From Candidatus Moranbacteria bacterium GW2011_GWC2_40_12 (GTDB lineage: Bacteria > Patescibacteriota > Minisyncoccia > Moranbacterales > UBA11712), in assembly GCA_000995965.1 (NCBI GenBank), contig LBYD01000001.1, forward strand, positions 12,923 to 76,922: 64,000 nucleotides of DNA, read 5' to 3'. Positions 1 through 8,919 of this stretch are shown piece after piece. Both the position numbers and the translations under genes were made by a program. Below the pieces are notes generated by a model, which was not told where the DNA came from, made no database searches, and was given only the letters and a program-made list of their open reading frames with translations. Each line of letters begins with the position of its first letter. Within the stretch, counting starts at the first letter, position 1.

Positions 1-698
1 GCGCGCAAAAAAAGGGAAAAATCAAAATAAAAGTCCATAACCCGCGCGATTACGCGGCCGACAAACACAAGACGGTTGACGATACGCCGTATGGCGGGGG
101 TCCTGGCATGATCATGAAAGTGGAGCCGATTTATAAATGTCTCGAGAAAATAAAATCCGAAATCAAGAATTTTTCTAAGGTTCGGCCTTTCCCTTCCTCG
201 AGCAAAGCTCTCGGAATTCCTCAAGGCCAAACCTTAAAAAATTCCTCAAAGTCGAACTTTTTTGGAATTTCTCAAAGTCGAACTTTATTATTTTCCGCCA
301 AAGGGAAGGAATACACTCAAGCTGACGCGAAAAGGCTCGCGAAATATGAGAATATAATAATGATTTGCGGGCGATATGAAGGGGTTGACGAACGGGTCGC
401 GAAGCATCTGGCGGATGAAGAAATATCAATCGGAGATTATATATTAACGGGAGGTGAAATTCCCGCGATGGCTGTCGTTGATTCCGTCACGAGGTTATTG
501 CCGGAAGTTTTGGGGAACAAGGAATCGGCAACAAAAGAGTCATTTTCCAAAAAAGGATATCTGGAGCATCCGCAATATACCAGGCCGGCTGAATTTCATG
601 GGTGGAAAGTGCCGGAAGTTCTTCTTTCGGGAGACCACAAGGAGATTGAGGAATGGAGGAAAGAGAATGCAAAAATCAAAATGCAAAAATCAAAATGA
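1..698 (+). CDS. trmD: tRNA (guanine37-N1)-methyltransferase TrmD, 5'-partial (runs off window start)
   Basis: In-frame translation from nt 3 gives HNPRDYAADKHKTVDDTPYGGGPGM..., then CGRYEGVDERV and GDYILTGGEIPAM, which are canonical TrmD motifs. The ORF track lists only 108..698 because of the internal Met. It contains an in-frame tandem repeat insertion (see findings). Confidence 0.85.
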   Translation, partial: AQKKGKIKIKVHNPRDYAADKHKTVDDTPYGGGPGMIMKVEPIYKCLEKIKSEIKNFSKVRPFPSSSKALGIPQGQTLKNSSKSNFFGISQSRTLLFSAKGKEYTQADAKRLAKYENIIMICGRYEGVDERVAKHLADEEISIGDYILTGGEIPAMAVVDSVTRLLPEVLGNKESATKESFSKKGYLEHPQYTRPAEFHGWKVPEVLLSGDHKEIEEWRKENAKIKMQKSK

Positions 699-828
699 CA
701 ATTCAAAATGTTAAAGTGCCTTTGCTATTGAGGCTTTTAAGTTCAAAGTTTTTTTGCATTGTCATTTTTTCAGCCAAAGGCTGATCTGCCTCTGGCATGA
801 CATTTTTATTTTTTAATTTTACACTTGA

Positions 829-1932
829 GTGAAAAGCACGAACAAGCCTGACCAAATCCTCACCATCACCACCTTTGCCCTCATTGTTTTTGGGCTGGTT
901 ATGATTTCTTCAGCGGGAGTGGCGCTCTCTCAGCATCGCTTCAATGACGGCTATTATTTCTTCAAGCACCAGCTTTTTTACGGAGTTCTGCCGGGCCTTT
1001 TTATGATGTATATAGCCCAAAAAATAGATTATCATTTTTGGCGCCGAATCGCTTTTTTGCTTTTCGCGGCCAATCTAATTTTGCTGATCCTTGTTTTTAT
1101 ACCCGGTGTAGGGCTCCGGTTCCAGGGAGCCAGCCGCTGGATAACCCTTGGACCTTTTTCCTTCCAACCAACTGAAATGCTGAAACTCACGATGATCTTG
1201 TATCTTGCGGCCTGGCTTGAAAGCAAAAAAGATCTGAAGAGGGATTTATTCGAGGGATTTTTTCCCTTTTTGGCGATTCTTGGGATTGTGGGATTTCTCA
1301 TCATCAAGCAGCCGGATATGGGGACGCTCGGGACAATTGTTGTCATTTCAGTGATAATATTCTTTCTTTCCGGCGCCAAAACTGCTCACATCGCATCCAT
1401 GGCCGGCATGGGCATACTTGCTTTTTTTGCTTTGGTGAAATTTGAATCCTATCGAATGAACCGGCTTCTTGTGTTTCTTCATCCGGAGCTGGATCCGCGC
1501 GGGATAGGATACCAGATCAATCAGGCACTTCTCGCGATCGGATCAGGAGGCCTGTTTGGATTAGGATTGGGACATAGCCGGCAGAAGTTCAATTATCTTC
1601 CGGAACCAGTTGGAGATTCCATTTTTGCCATAATTTGCGAAGAAATCGGGCTCATTGGAGCGGCAATGCTGATATTGTTGTTCGTAGTTTTCGCCATGAG
1701 GGGGCTCAAAATTGCAAAAAAGGCACCGGATATGTTCGGAAAACTGATTGCAATCGGCATAACTTCCTGGATAATTTTTCAGGCTTTGATCAATATTTCT
1801 GCCATTACCGGCCTCATTCCGCTGACAGGAGTCACTCTTCCTTTCATCAGCTATGGCGGGACGTCGATTATTTTCTCCATGGTCGGAGTTGGAATCCTGT
1901 TGAATATTTCCAAAAAGTGTGGGAAAATATAA
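829..1932 (+). CDS. ftsW: SEDS-family peptidoglycan glycosyltransferase (FtsW/RodA)
   Basis: 367-aa polytopic membrane protein with an FtsW/RodA-like sequence (…GASRWITLGPFSFQPTEMLK…, PEPVGDSIFAII, SYGGTSI). It uses a GTG start and sits immediately upstream of murG. Confidence 0.8.
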   Translation: MKSTNKPDQILTITTFALIVFGLVMISSAGVALSQHRFNDGYYFFKHQLFYGVLPGLFMMYIAQKIDYHFWRRIAFLLFAANLILLILVFIPGVGLRFQGASRWITLGPFSFQPTEMLKLTMILYLAAWLESKKDLKRDLFEGFFPFLAILGIVGFLIIKQPDMGTLGTIVVISVIIFFLSGAKTAHIASMAGMGILAFFALVKFESYRMNRLLVFLHPELDPRGIGYQINQALLAIGSGGLFGLGLGHSRQKFNYLPEPVGDSIFAIICEEIGLIGAAMLILLFVVFAMRGLKIAKKAPDMFGKLIAIGITSWIIFQALINISAITGLIPLTGVTLPFISYGGTSIIFSMVGVGILLNISKKCGKI

Positions 1933-1934
1933 TT

Positions 1935-3044
1935 ATGAGAATTGTATTAACGGGCGGCGGAACGGGAGGACACATTTTTCCCATCATTGCCGTGGCACAG
2001 GAGCTTAGAAAACAGGCAGGGGAGAAGAATGATGTCGAATTTCTTTTTCTGGGACCGGACGGAGAATTGGAAAGGGAGGCTATGGAAAAAGAATTTGTCC
2101 CCATGAAAAAAATTCAATGCGGAAAGATGCGCCGGTATTTTTCGCCGCTTAATTTTCTCGATATTTTCAAAATTCCCGTAGGATTTTTCCAGTCTCTTTG
2201 GCATCTTCTGGTTTTTATGCCGGACGCGGTATTCGCAAAGGGCGGGTATGCCAGCATTCCGGTCGCCGCGGCTGCCTGGATATATCGAATTCCGATCCTG
2301 ATCCATGAATCAGACGTTGTACCGGGCTTGGCCAATCAACTGATGGCAAAAGTTGCCAAAAGAGTGGCTGCATCTTTTCCGGGATCAGAAAAATTTTTTC
2401 CTGAAAGCAAAGTTTTTTTGACTGGCAATCCAATCCGTGAAGAAATGATCCGGGATGATATGGCAGGGGGAAAGGAAAAATTTTCTCTCCAGCCTGAAAA
2501 AAAAACCATTTTGGTTATTGGCGGCAGCCAGGGATCCAGGGTTATTAATCAGGCCATCGTGACTTTGCTTCCAAAAATCCTCAAGAAATGGCAGCTTATT
2601 CATGTGACCGGAAAGAAAGAATTTGAAAGCGTTGTTTCTGAAGCGGGAAAACTGGGCATAAAAGCTGGCCGAGAAGGATATAAAGTCTTCCCGTTTCTCA
2701 CGAAGGAGCTCCCATATGCCTTCGCGGCGGCTGATTTGGTTGTGAGCCGGGCGGGAGCCGTTACGCTCACGGAAATCGCGGCAAACAAAAAGCCGGCGAT
2801 AATCATCCCCATCAAGGGGTCAGCCAATAAGCATCAGGAGCAAAACGCCTTTGTTTTTTCGCAAGCCGGAGCGGCGGTCGTGCTTGAGCAGGAAAATCTT
2901 GGTGAAAATATTTTGTATTCGAAAATTGATCAGATAATAGATGACAAAGGACTTGGATTTGAGTTGAGTGAAAGAGTGAAAAGATTCTATAATCCGGAAG
3001 CGGCAAGGTTGATTGCCGGAGAAATAGCTAAGATCGCAAGTTGA
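1935..3044 (+). CDS. murG: UDP-N-acetylglucosamine--N-acetylmuramyl-(pentapeptide) pyrophosphoryl-undecaprenol GlcNAc transferase MurG
   Basis: MRIVLTGGGTGGHIFP N-terminus and a GT28 fold. The ATG at 1935 is in frame with track ORF 1635..3044, whose 5' extension overlaps ftsW and was rejected. Confidence 0.9.
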   Translation: MRIVLTGGGTGGHIFPIIAVAQELRKQAGEKNDVEFLFLGPDGELEREAMEKEFVPMKKIQCGKMRRYFSPLNFLDIFKIPVGFFQSLWHLLVFMPDAVFAKGGYASIPVAAAAWIYRIPILIHESDVVPGLANQLMAKVAKRVAASFPGSEKFFPESKVFLTGNPIREEMIRDDMAGGKEKFSLQPEKKTILVIGGSQGSRVINQAIVTLLPKILKKWQLIHVTGKKEFESVVSEAGKLGIKAGREGYKVFPFLTKELPYAFAAADLVVSRAGAVTLTEIAANKKPAIIIPIKGSANKHQEQNAFVFSQAGAAVVLEQENLGENILYSKIDQIIDDKGLGFELSERVKRFYNPEAARLIAGEIAKIAS

Positions 3045-3046
3045 TT

Positions 3047-3088
3047 CTAAGGCTAAGCCTTGGCGGCTCTGCCAAGGCTTAGCCTTAG
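3047..3088. repeat. Family C perfect hairpin (CTAAGGCTAAGCCTTGGC-loop-GCCAAGGCTTAGCCTTAG); ends 9 nt before the patatin start codon
   Basis: 18-bp perfect inverted repeat with a 6-nt loop read directly from the sequence. Related copies are at 11986..12025 and 15329..15371. Confidence 0.8.
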
Positions 3089-3097
3089 AAAAATAAA

Positions 3098-4051
3098 ATG
3101 CAACGAAAGAAAATCGGTGTAGCCCTCGGCGGAGGAACAATGAGAGGGATGACCCACATCGGCGTTTTGGAGGTATTTGAGGAAAACAATCTCCCGATTC
3201 ATTTTCTTGTCGGCTGTTCAAGCGGGGCGATTGTCGCGGCCGCCTATGCATGCGGAAAATTGAAGGAACTCAAAGAAACGGCACTTCCTCTCAAAAACAA
3301 AGACCGCCGCAAAATGCTTGATTTGAGCTTTTCCGGCGGTGGCTTGATAAAAGGGGAACAATTGAGGTCCCTTTTTGATTTCTTGACCGATGGGAAAAAA
3401 TTTGAAGATATCAAAGGCTTGAAATTGGCTTTTGTGGGAACAGATGCCTTGACAGGAAACGAAGTCGTGATTGATTCCGGCAGCATTGCTGAAGCCCTTG
3501 AGATCACGACGGCTCTTCCTGGGCTTGCTCCGCTCAAGAGGCACCACGGGAGGCTGGTCTTTGATGGCGGGACAGCCATGCTTGTTCCAGCCAAAATTGC
3601 CTACAATTTTGGGGCGGAAGCTGTGATTGGGGTTGATGTGAGCGTAGGCAGAAGCGTTATCACTAGAACGGTAGGAGATTTCAGAAAAATGATGAGAAAA
3701 AGCACTTTGAGGCGGGTTTTGAATCCGGTTTTCAAAATGGGAGACAAGGCGTTGAATTCCAGCGAAGAAAAATTTTTCGGGAAAGTGCGGAATCTCATGA
3801 AAAAATTGAAACTGCTTGATGATTATGAAAAACATAAGTTCAATTTTTTCGAGGCTTATCTCATCGGTCTTCGAGCCATTAGCGCTGATTATAAAAAAGG
3901 CCTTTTCCTGGATGGCGACTGCGATATCGCGATTCGTCCGGACGTACTTCATTTCAAGCGCTCGGATATTTCCCAGACAAAAGAAATGATCGAAGAAGGA
4001 AGAAAGGCGGCAGAAAATATATTGGGAGAGATAAAAAAATTACTTTTGTAA
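3098..4051 (+). CDS. patatin-like phospholipase
   Basis: GGGTMRG oxyanion motif, GCSSG (GxSxG nucleophile) and a DGG catalytic Asp motif. Confidence 0.75.
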   Translation: MQRKKIGVALGGGTMRGMTHIGVLEVFEENNLPIHFLVGCSSGAIVAAAYACGKLKELKETALPLKNKDRRKMLDLSFSGGGLIKGEQLRSLFDFLTDGKKFEDIKGLKLAFVGTDALTGNEVVIDSGSIAEALEITTALPGLAPLKRHHGRLVFDGGTAMLVPAKIAYNFGAEAVIGVDVSVGRSVITRTVGDFRKMMRKSTLRRVLNPVFKMGDKALNSSEEKFFGKVRNLMKKLKLLDDYEKHKFNFFEAYLIGLRAISADYKKGLFLDGDCDIAIRPDVLHFKRSDISQTKEMIEEGRKAAENILGEIKKLLL

Positions 4052-4127
4052 TTTGCAATTGGTAATTTGAATTTGGATTTTTATTATTTCCTTATCCGAA
4101 TTACGGATTACTAATTACCAATTACGC
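4052..4127. repeat. Family B imperfect palindromic intergenic element (AATTGG/GAATTT-rich arms)
   Basis: aatttgcaattggtaatttgaatttgga ... tccgaattacggattactaattaccaatt, inverted arms. Family members are at 5511..5650, 7861..7975, 12397..12533 and 32172..32300. Confidence 0.6.
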
Positions 4128-5510
4128 ATGATAGATTTTTCAAAAGCGAAAAAAATATATTTTATCGGCATCAAGGGCTCTGGAATGGTGGCCCTGGTTG
4201 AAATTTTGCAGCGCCGGGGATGCCAGATTAGCGGGTCTGATACGGACGAAAAATTTTTCACGGACGATATTCTGAGGAAAAAACTGTTTGTGAAATTTCA
4301 CGAGGGATTTGACGCTGACCATATCACTGGCGACATTGACCTTGTCGTCTATTCCACGGCCTACAATGAAAAAAATAACGAAGAATGGAAAGCCGCGCGC
4401 TTCAAAAGGCTGCCGATGATTTCCTATCCCGAGCTCTTGGGGCTCCTTTTCAACGGCAAATACGGAATTGCGGTTTCAGGAACTCACGGGAAGACGACGA
4501 CTACGGCAATGCTCGCCGAAATTTTCAAGGCGTCCGGGTTTGATCCGACGGCTGTGGTGGGATCGCAAGTTCGCCAGTGGCGAAGTTCGGCTCTTGTCGG
4601 CCGGAGCGAGTTTATGATCATCGAAGCCGATGAATATCAGGGAAAATTCCGCTACTACAGCCCGCAGGCAGTCATTCTCACGAGTGTTGACTGGGACCAT
4701 CCGGACTTTTTTCCGACCTTTGAAGATTATAAAAAAACATTCGTTGAATTTGTCCAAAAAATTCCCCGCCATGGGTTTTTGGTAGTCTCGGGCGACCGGA
4801 GCGACACGCTTGAAATTGCCAAGGGCGCGAAATGCAATGTTTTGAAATATGGATTTGGGAAGGACAATGATCTGAAAATAAAAAACTATGAGATCGCGGG
4901 CGGAAAGCAAAATTTTGAGCTGGTATATGGCGGAAAAAACTTGGGGAAATTTGAGATTGAACTTCCCGGGCGCCACAACGCGCTGAATGCCGCGGCGGCT
5001 GTGGCAATGAGCTACAAATTCAACGCGGATATGAAAAAAGCGAAGGAGGCTCTGGCAAATTTTGAGGGAACAACGCGCCGATTTGAGTATATCGGCAAAC
5101 GAAACGGGGCGATTCTGATTGACGACTATGGCCATCATCCGGAAGAAGTGAAAGCCACTCTCAAGGCGGCGCGGGAATTTTTCCCCAAGCGCCGGATTTG
5201 GTGCGTTTTCCATCCCCATACTTTCACCCGGACAAAAGCCTTGCTTTCTGAATTTGCCCAAAGCTTTGAAGACGCGGACCGGGTGATTATTCTCGACATA
5301 TATGGCAGCGCGCGGGAAGTCCAGGGAGGAGTCCATTCAAAAGATTTGGTGGAACTCGCCAAAAAATACCACGTTAGTGTCGAATATATCCCGACGATTC
5401 CGGAAACGGTTGAATATCTCGCCGGCCAGATTGGCCGCGAGGACCTGGTCATCGCGATGGGAGCGGGAAATGTCTGGGAAGTAGCGGAGAAATTAGTATC
5501 TGAAATTTGA
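4128..5510 (+). CDS. murC: UDP-N-acetylmuramate--L-alanine ligase MurC
   Basis: IYFIGIKGSGM, GTHGKTTTTAML and the Mur ligase domain order. Confidence 0.9.
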   Translation: MIDFSKAKKIYFIGIKGSGMVALVEILQRRGCQISGSDTDEKFFTDDILRKKLFVKFHEGFDADHITGDIDLVVYSTAYNEKNNEEWKAARFKRLPMISYPELLGLLFNGKYGIAVSGTHGKTTTTAMLAEIFKASGFDPTAVVGSQVRQWRSSALVGRSEFMIIEADEYQGKFRYYSPQAVILTSVDWDHPDFFPTFEDYKKTFVEFVQKIPRHGFLVVSGDRSDTLEIAKGAKCNVLKYGFGKDNDLKIKNYEIAGGKQNFELVYGGKNLGKFEIELPGRHNALNAAAAVAMSYKFNADMKKAKEALANFEGTTRRFEYIGKRNGAILIDDYGHHPEEVKATLKAAREFFPKRRIWCVFHPHTFTRTKALLSEFAQSFEDADRVIILDIYGSAREVQGGVHSKDLVELAKKYHVSVEYIPTIPETVEYLAGQIGREDLVIAMGAGNVWEVAEKLVSEI

Positions 5511-5650
5511 AATTAGTTGGTGGAAATTAGAAATTTGTAATGGATAATTGAAATTGGGAATTGGTCCATTTTCTATTTTCCAGTTTCTATTACTATTTTC
5601 AATTTACCAAGAATCATTTTCTATTGAAATCTGAAAAATTAATACCAGAT
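5511..5650. repeat. Family B palindromic intergenic element
   Basis: gaaattagttggtggaaattagaaatttgtaatggataattgaaattgggaattgg ... ccagtttctattactattttcaatttacc, imperfect inverted arms. Confidence 0.55.
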
Positions 5651-6610
5651 ATGAACATTCAGGAGAACATCCCTTTGGCTCAATATACAACCCTGAAAGT
5701 CGGCGGGGCGGCGAGGTTTTTTTGTGAAGCAAAAAATGAAGAGGAAATTTCGGGAGCGGTGAAATTTGCCGAAGAAAAAAAACTGCCGGTTTTTGTGCTG
5801 GGCGGCGGAAGCAATATTTTGGTGAGCGACAAAGGGTTTGACGGAGTCGTTATACGACTCCGAAATTCGCAATTAGTAATTCGCAATTTGGATATTATTT
5901 GTCACGGTGGCTGCCAATTGAGTAAAGCCGTCAGTGAAAGCGTAAAAGCCGGCCTCACCGGCCTCGAGTGGGCGGCGGGGATTCCGGGAATGGTTGGGGG
6001 CGCGGTTTGGGGGAATGCGGGGGCGCCTTGGGGCTCGATGGCGGACTGTGTGGAATCTGTAAAAGTTTTGGATAAAAAAGATTTACGATTTAAGATTTAC
6101 GATTTAAAAAAATGCGATTTTGAATACAGAAACAGTATCTTTAAGCGAAATTCGAATTTGGTAATTTTATCTGTTAGCTTAAAGCTGAAAAAAGGCAAAA
6201 AAGAAGAAAGCGAAAAAAGAGTGAAAGAAATTTTGGCTCAAAGGAAAGAAAAGCAGCCCATGGATTTTCCTAGTTCGGGAAGCTTTTTTGCCAATCCCAC
6301 GATAAAAGATCAGAAAGTGATTAGTGAATTTGAAAGAGAAACGAATACGAAAGTAAAAGATAATAAAAATTTATACCAGAATTCCGGTTCGGAAGTAAAA
6401 ATACCCGCGGCTTATCTGATTGAAGAAGCCGGACTCAAGGGTAAAAAAATAGGCGGGGCGCAGGTGAGCGAAAAGCACGCAAATTTTCTGGTGAACGCGG
6501 GAAACGCGAAGGCGGAAGATTTCATCATCCTTGCCGCGGTCATCAAAACGCGCGTCCGAAACAAATTCGGCATCCAGCTCAGAGAAGAAGTGCAGATGGT
6601 GGGATTTTGA
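5651..6610 (+). CDS. murB: UDP-N-acetylenolpyruvoylglucosamine reductase MurB
   Basis: NIPLAQYTTLKVGGAARFF...VLGGGSNIL FAD-binding N-terminus and a MurB C-terminus. The start was chosen at ATG 5651, in frame with track ORF 5561..6610. It contains family A-like in-frame insertions. Confidence 0.85.
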   Translation: MNIQENIPLAQYTTLKVGGAARFFCEAKNEEEISGAVKFAEEKKLPVFVLGGGSNILVSDKGFDGVVIRLRNSQLVIRNLDIICHGGCQLSKAVSESVKAGLTGLEWAAGIPGMVGGAVWGNAGAPWGSMADCVESVKVLDKKDLRFKIYDLKKCDFEYRNSIFKRNSNLVILSVSLKLKKGKKEESEKRVKEILAQRKEKQPMDFPSSGSFFANPTIKDQKVISEFERETNTKVKDNKNLYQNSGSEVKIPAAYLIEEAGLKGKKIGGAQVSEKHANFLVNAGNAKAEDFIILAAVIKTRVRNKFGIQLREEVQMVGF

Positions 6611-6612
6611 AG

Positions 6613-6708
6613 TCATTACGAATTACTAATTCGCTTTGCTCTACGAATATACAAATTACGAATATTTTTGAATTTGTATATTCGTATAAGATTCGTAGTT
6701 CGTAAAGG
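6613..6708. repeat. Family A palindromic element (TACGAAT-type)
   Basis: cattacgaattactaattcgc...ctacgaatatacaaattacgaat / attcgtataagattcgtagttcgtaa. Left arms TTACGAAT x n, right arms ATTCGTA x n. Confidence 0.75.
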
Positions 6709-6737
6709 TTTACATTTTTCCAAAAAAAAATTATAAT
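6709..6737 (+). promoter_or_regulatory. sigma70-like promoter: TTTACA -N17- TATAAT, about 25 nt upstream of the DHS-like gene
   Basis: tttaca(6709-6714) + 17-nt spacer + tataat(6732-6737), read from the sequence. Confidence 0.5.
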
Positions 6738-6762
6738 TTAGAAGATATATTTTCTGAAAAAA

Positions 6763-7860
6763 ATGAAAGAAAAAAAATCTAAATTTAAAAAAATAGACGA
6801 AGCGTATGAGACAAAGCGCGATCTGAAGCATGACGGATTTTCCGATAACCTGAAACCGATTTCTTCGCTTGATTTGGGAAAAGCCGGGAACGTGGATGAG
6901 CTGGTGCGCGGAATGTCAAAGACCGCTTTCGGCGGAAGGAATCTCGGCGAAGCGGCGGATGTTCTCGAAGCGATGGTCCGTGACAAAGATTGCTTTGTCG
7001 TGCTGACGCTTTCCGGAGCAATGACGGTGGCAAAGATGGGCCTTTTGATTTGCGATATGATTGATCGCGGAATGGTGAACGCTGTTGTCTCAACAGGAGC
7101 GCTCATGACCCATGGCATGGTTGAGGGTTTTGGCATGAGCCACTTCAAGTATGACGAGGAAATGGACGATGAAAAACTTTACGCGTGCGGATATAACCGG
7201 GTTTATGACACGCTGGAACTTGAAAAAAATCTGGACGATCTGGAACTCATTGTATTCGAAGTTTTCAAAAGCCTGGATCATAAAAAAGTATATTCGAGCA
7301 ATGAAATCTTGAATGAAGTCGGAAAATATCTCCAAAAAAATACAGACAAAGAAAGAGCGATTCTCAAAAGCGCTTATGAAAAAAAAGTCCCGATATATAT
7401 TCCGGCCTTCACGGATTCTGAATTTTTTCTTGATATCGGGATCTTCAATCGGCGACAGAAACTTGAAAAGAAACCAATTCTGAACACAAGCGAATATCTG
7501 GACCTCGAACACTTCACGGAACTGATCAAAAAACAGAAAAAAATCGGTATTTTCACGATTGGCGGCGGTGTGCCGCGAAATTGGGCCCAGCAAGTGACAT
7601 GTTATCTCGACCTTATCGGGAAACGAGTGGGAGTCGGCGGAAAATTTTTGCGCTACAGTTATGGCGTCCGAATTTCCCCCGAGCCGGTGCACTGGGGCGG
7701 CCTCTCCGGATGCACGTATTCCGAAGGAGTGTCTTGGGGAAAAATGGTTCCTCCCAAAGAAGGCGGGCGCTTCGCCGAAGTTTATTGCGACGCGACGATC
7801 GCCTGGCCTATAATTTTGAAGGCGGTGATGGAACGGCTGGATAAAAAGTCTGGAAAATAG
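6763..7860 (+). CDS. deoxyhypusine synthase-like protein (DHS / homospermidine synthase family)
   Basis: CFVVLTLSGAMTVAKMGLL...MVNAVVSTGALMTHGMVEGFG, IGGGVPRNWAQQ and a C-terminal VYCDATIAWPIILKAV match the DHS family pattern. Confidence 0.75.
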   Translation: MKEKKSKFKKIDEAYETKRDLKHDGFSDNLKPISSLDLGKAGNVDELVRGMSKTAFGGRNLGEAADVLEAMVRDKDCFVVLTLSGAMTVAKMGLLICDMIDRGMVNAVVSTGALMTHGMVEGFGMSHFKYDEEMDDEKLYACGYNRVYDTLELEKNLDDLELIVFEVFKSLDHKKVYSSNEILNEVGKYLQKNTDKERAILKSAYEKKVPIYIPAFTDSEFFLDIGIFNRRQKLEKKPILNTSEYLDLEHFTELIKKQKKIGIFTIGGGVPRNWAQQVTCYLDLIGKRVGVGGKFLRYSYGVRISPEPVHWGGLSGCTYSEGVSWGKMVPPKEGGRFAEVYCDATIAWPIILKAVMERLDKKSGK

Positions 7861-7975
7861 TTGTATGAAGTTTGAAATTGGTAATGGAGAATAGAAAATT
7901 GAAATTCGTGACAATTTTCCAGTTTCAAATTTCCATTACAATTTTCCATTCTCTAAAAACAAATTTCAGATGATT
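7861..7975. repeat. Family B palindromic intergenic element
   Basis: gaaattggtaatggagaatagaaaattgaaattcgtgacaattttccagtttcaaatttccattacaattttccattctc, a long imperfect inverted repeat. Confidence 0.65.
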
Positions 7976-8022
7976 ACACAGTAAATATCTCAATCTTGAC
8001 ATGCAAAATAATATTCAGATTT

Positions 8023-8910
8023 ATGGATAAAAATCTTTACGAACAATGGCCGTTTAATTTTGGTTCGATCCATGAACAGGATTTTGAAAAGGCGAAAATT
8101 GTGATCGCGCAGATTCCCTATGACGCGACGAGCTCTTATGGAACCGGACAGCGAAACGGGCCCTTCGCGATCCTCAATGCGTCGCGCTATGTTGATGAGC
8201 TTTTGGACGCGCACGAAGGAAAATTGATCGGCCTCGAGCCAACTGACGTTTTCACGCTGGATGAAATTGTTGTTTCGCGAAACAGCGTTCCGGAAGCGAT
8301 GGCCGGAATTGAACAGGCAATCGAAAAAGAAATAGTTTCAAAAAACAAAAAACCGCTTGTTCTCGGCGGAGAGCATTCTATCACTTTTGGCGTCGTGAAA
8401 GCGCTCAAGAAAAAATACAAAGATTTATCGGTTTTGCAATTCGACGCGCATACGGATCTTTTGAACGAATATGAGGGCAGTAAACACTCCCACGCCTCGG
8501 TGATGCGGCGTATCCTTGATGAGGGAATTTCTTGTGCCCAAGTGGGAATCCGGAACATGAACGCGGAAGTTCAGGATTATATTTCGACGAACAAAAAACA
8601 CGCCAAAAATATCCATTTCGCGCCCGGAATCCCGCCGGTCGAAAATATTTTGAAAGGCCTCACAAAAAATGTTTATCTCACTTTTGATCTCGACGTTCTT
8701 GATCCGTCCATCATGCCGGCGGTCGGGACAGCCGAGCCGGGAGGGTTATACTGGAACGAAACAGTTGAGGCGATTGAAAAAATAAGCCAGAAAGTGAATA
8801 TCGTCGGCGCGGACGTGGTGGAACTTTGCCCGATTCCCGGCCTTGAAGCGCCAAATTTCTTGGCGGCGAAGCTGGTATATGAAATAATCAAAGCCATCTT
8901 GGCAAAATAA
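8023..8910 (+). CDS. speB: agmatinase / ureohydrolase family (arginase fold)
   Basis: GGEHSITFGVV, QFDAHTDL and TFDLDVLDPS Mn-binding motifs. The start was placed at ATG 8023, in frame with track ORF 7996..8910. Confidence 0.8.
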   Translation: MDKNLYEQWPFNFGSIHEQDFEKAKIVIAQIPYDATSSYGTGQRNGPFAILNASRYVDELLDAHEGKLIGLEPTDVFTLDEIVVSRNSVPEAMAGIEQAIEKEIVSKNKKPLVLGGEHSITFGVVKALKKKYKDLSVLQFDAHTDLLNEYEGSKHSHASVMRRILDEGISCAQVGIRNMNAEVQDYISTNKKHAKNIHFAPGIPPVENILKGLTKNVYLTFDLDVLDPSIMPAVGTAEPGGLYWNETVEAIEKISQKVNIVGADVVELCPIPGLEAPNFLAAKLVYEIIKAILAK

Positions 8911-8919
8911 CACAACCTG

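Noticed and set aside
1635-1934. 5' extension of the murG ORF in the track (1635..3044)
   Set aside because: The extension overlaps the 3' end of ftsW in another frame. MurG homology begins at MRIVLTGGGTGGH (ATG 1935).
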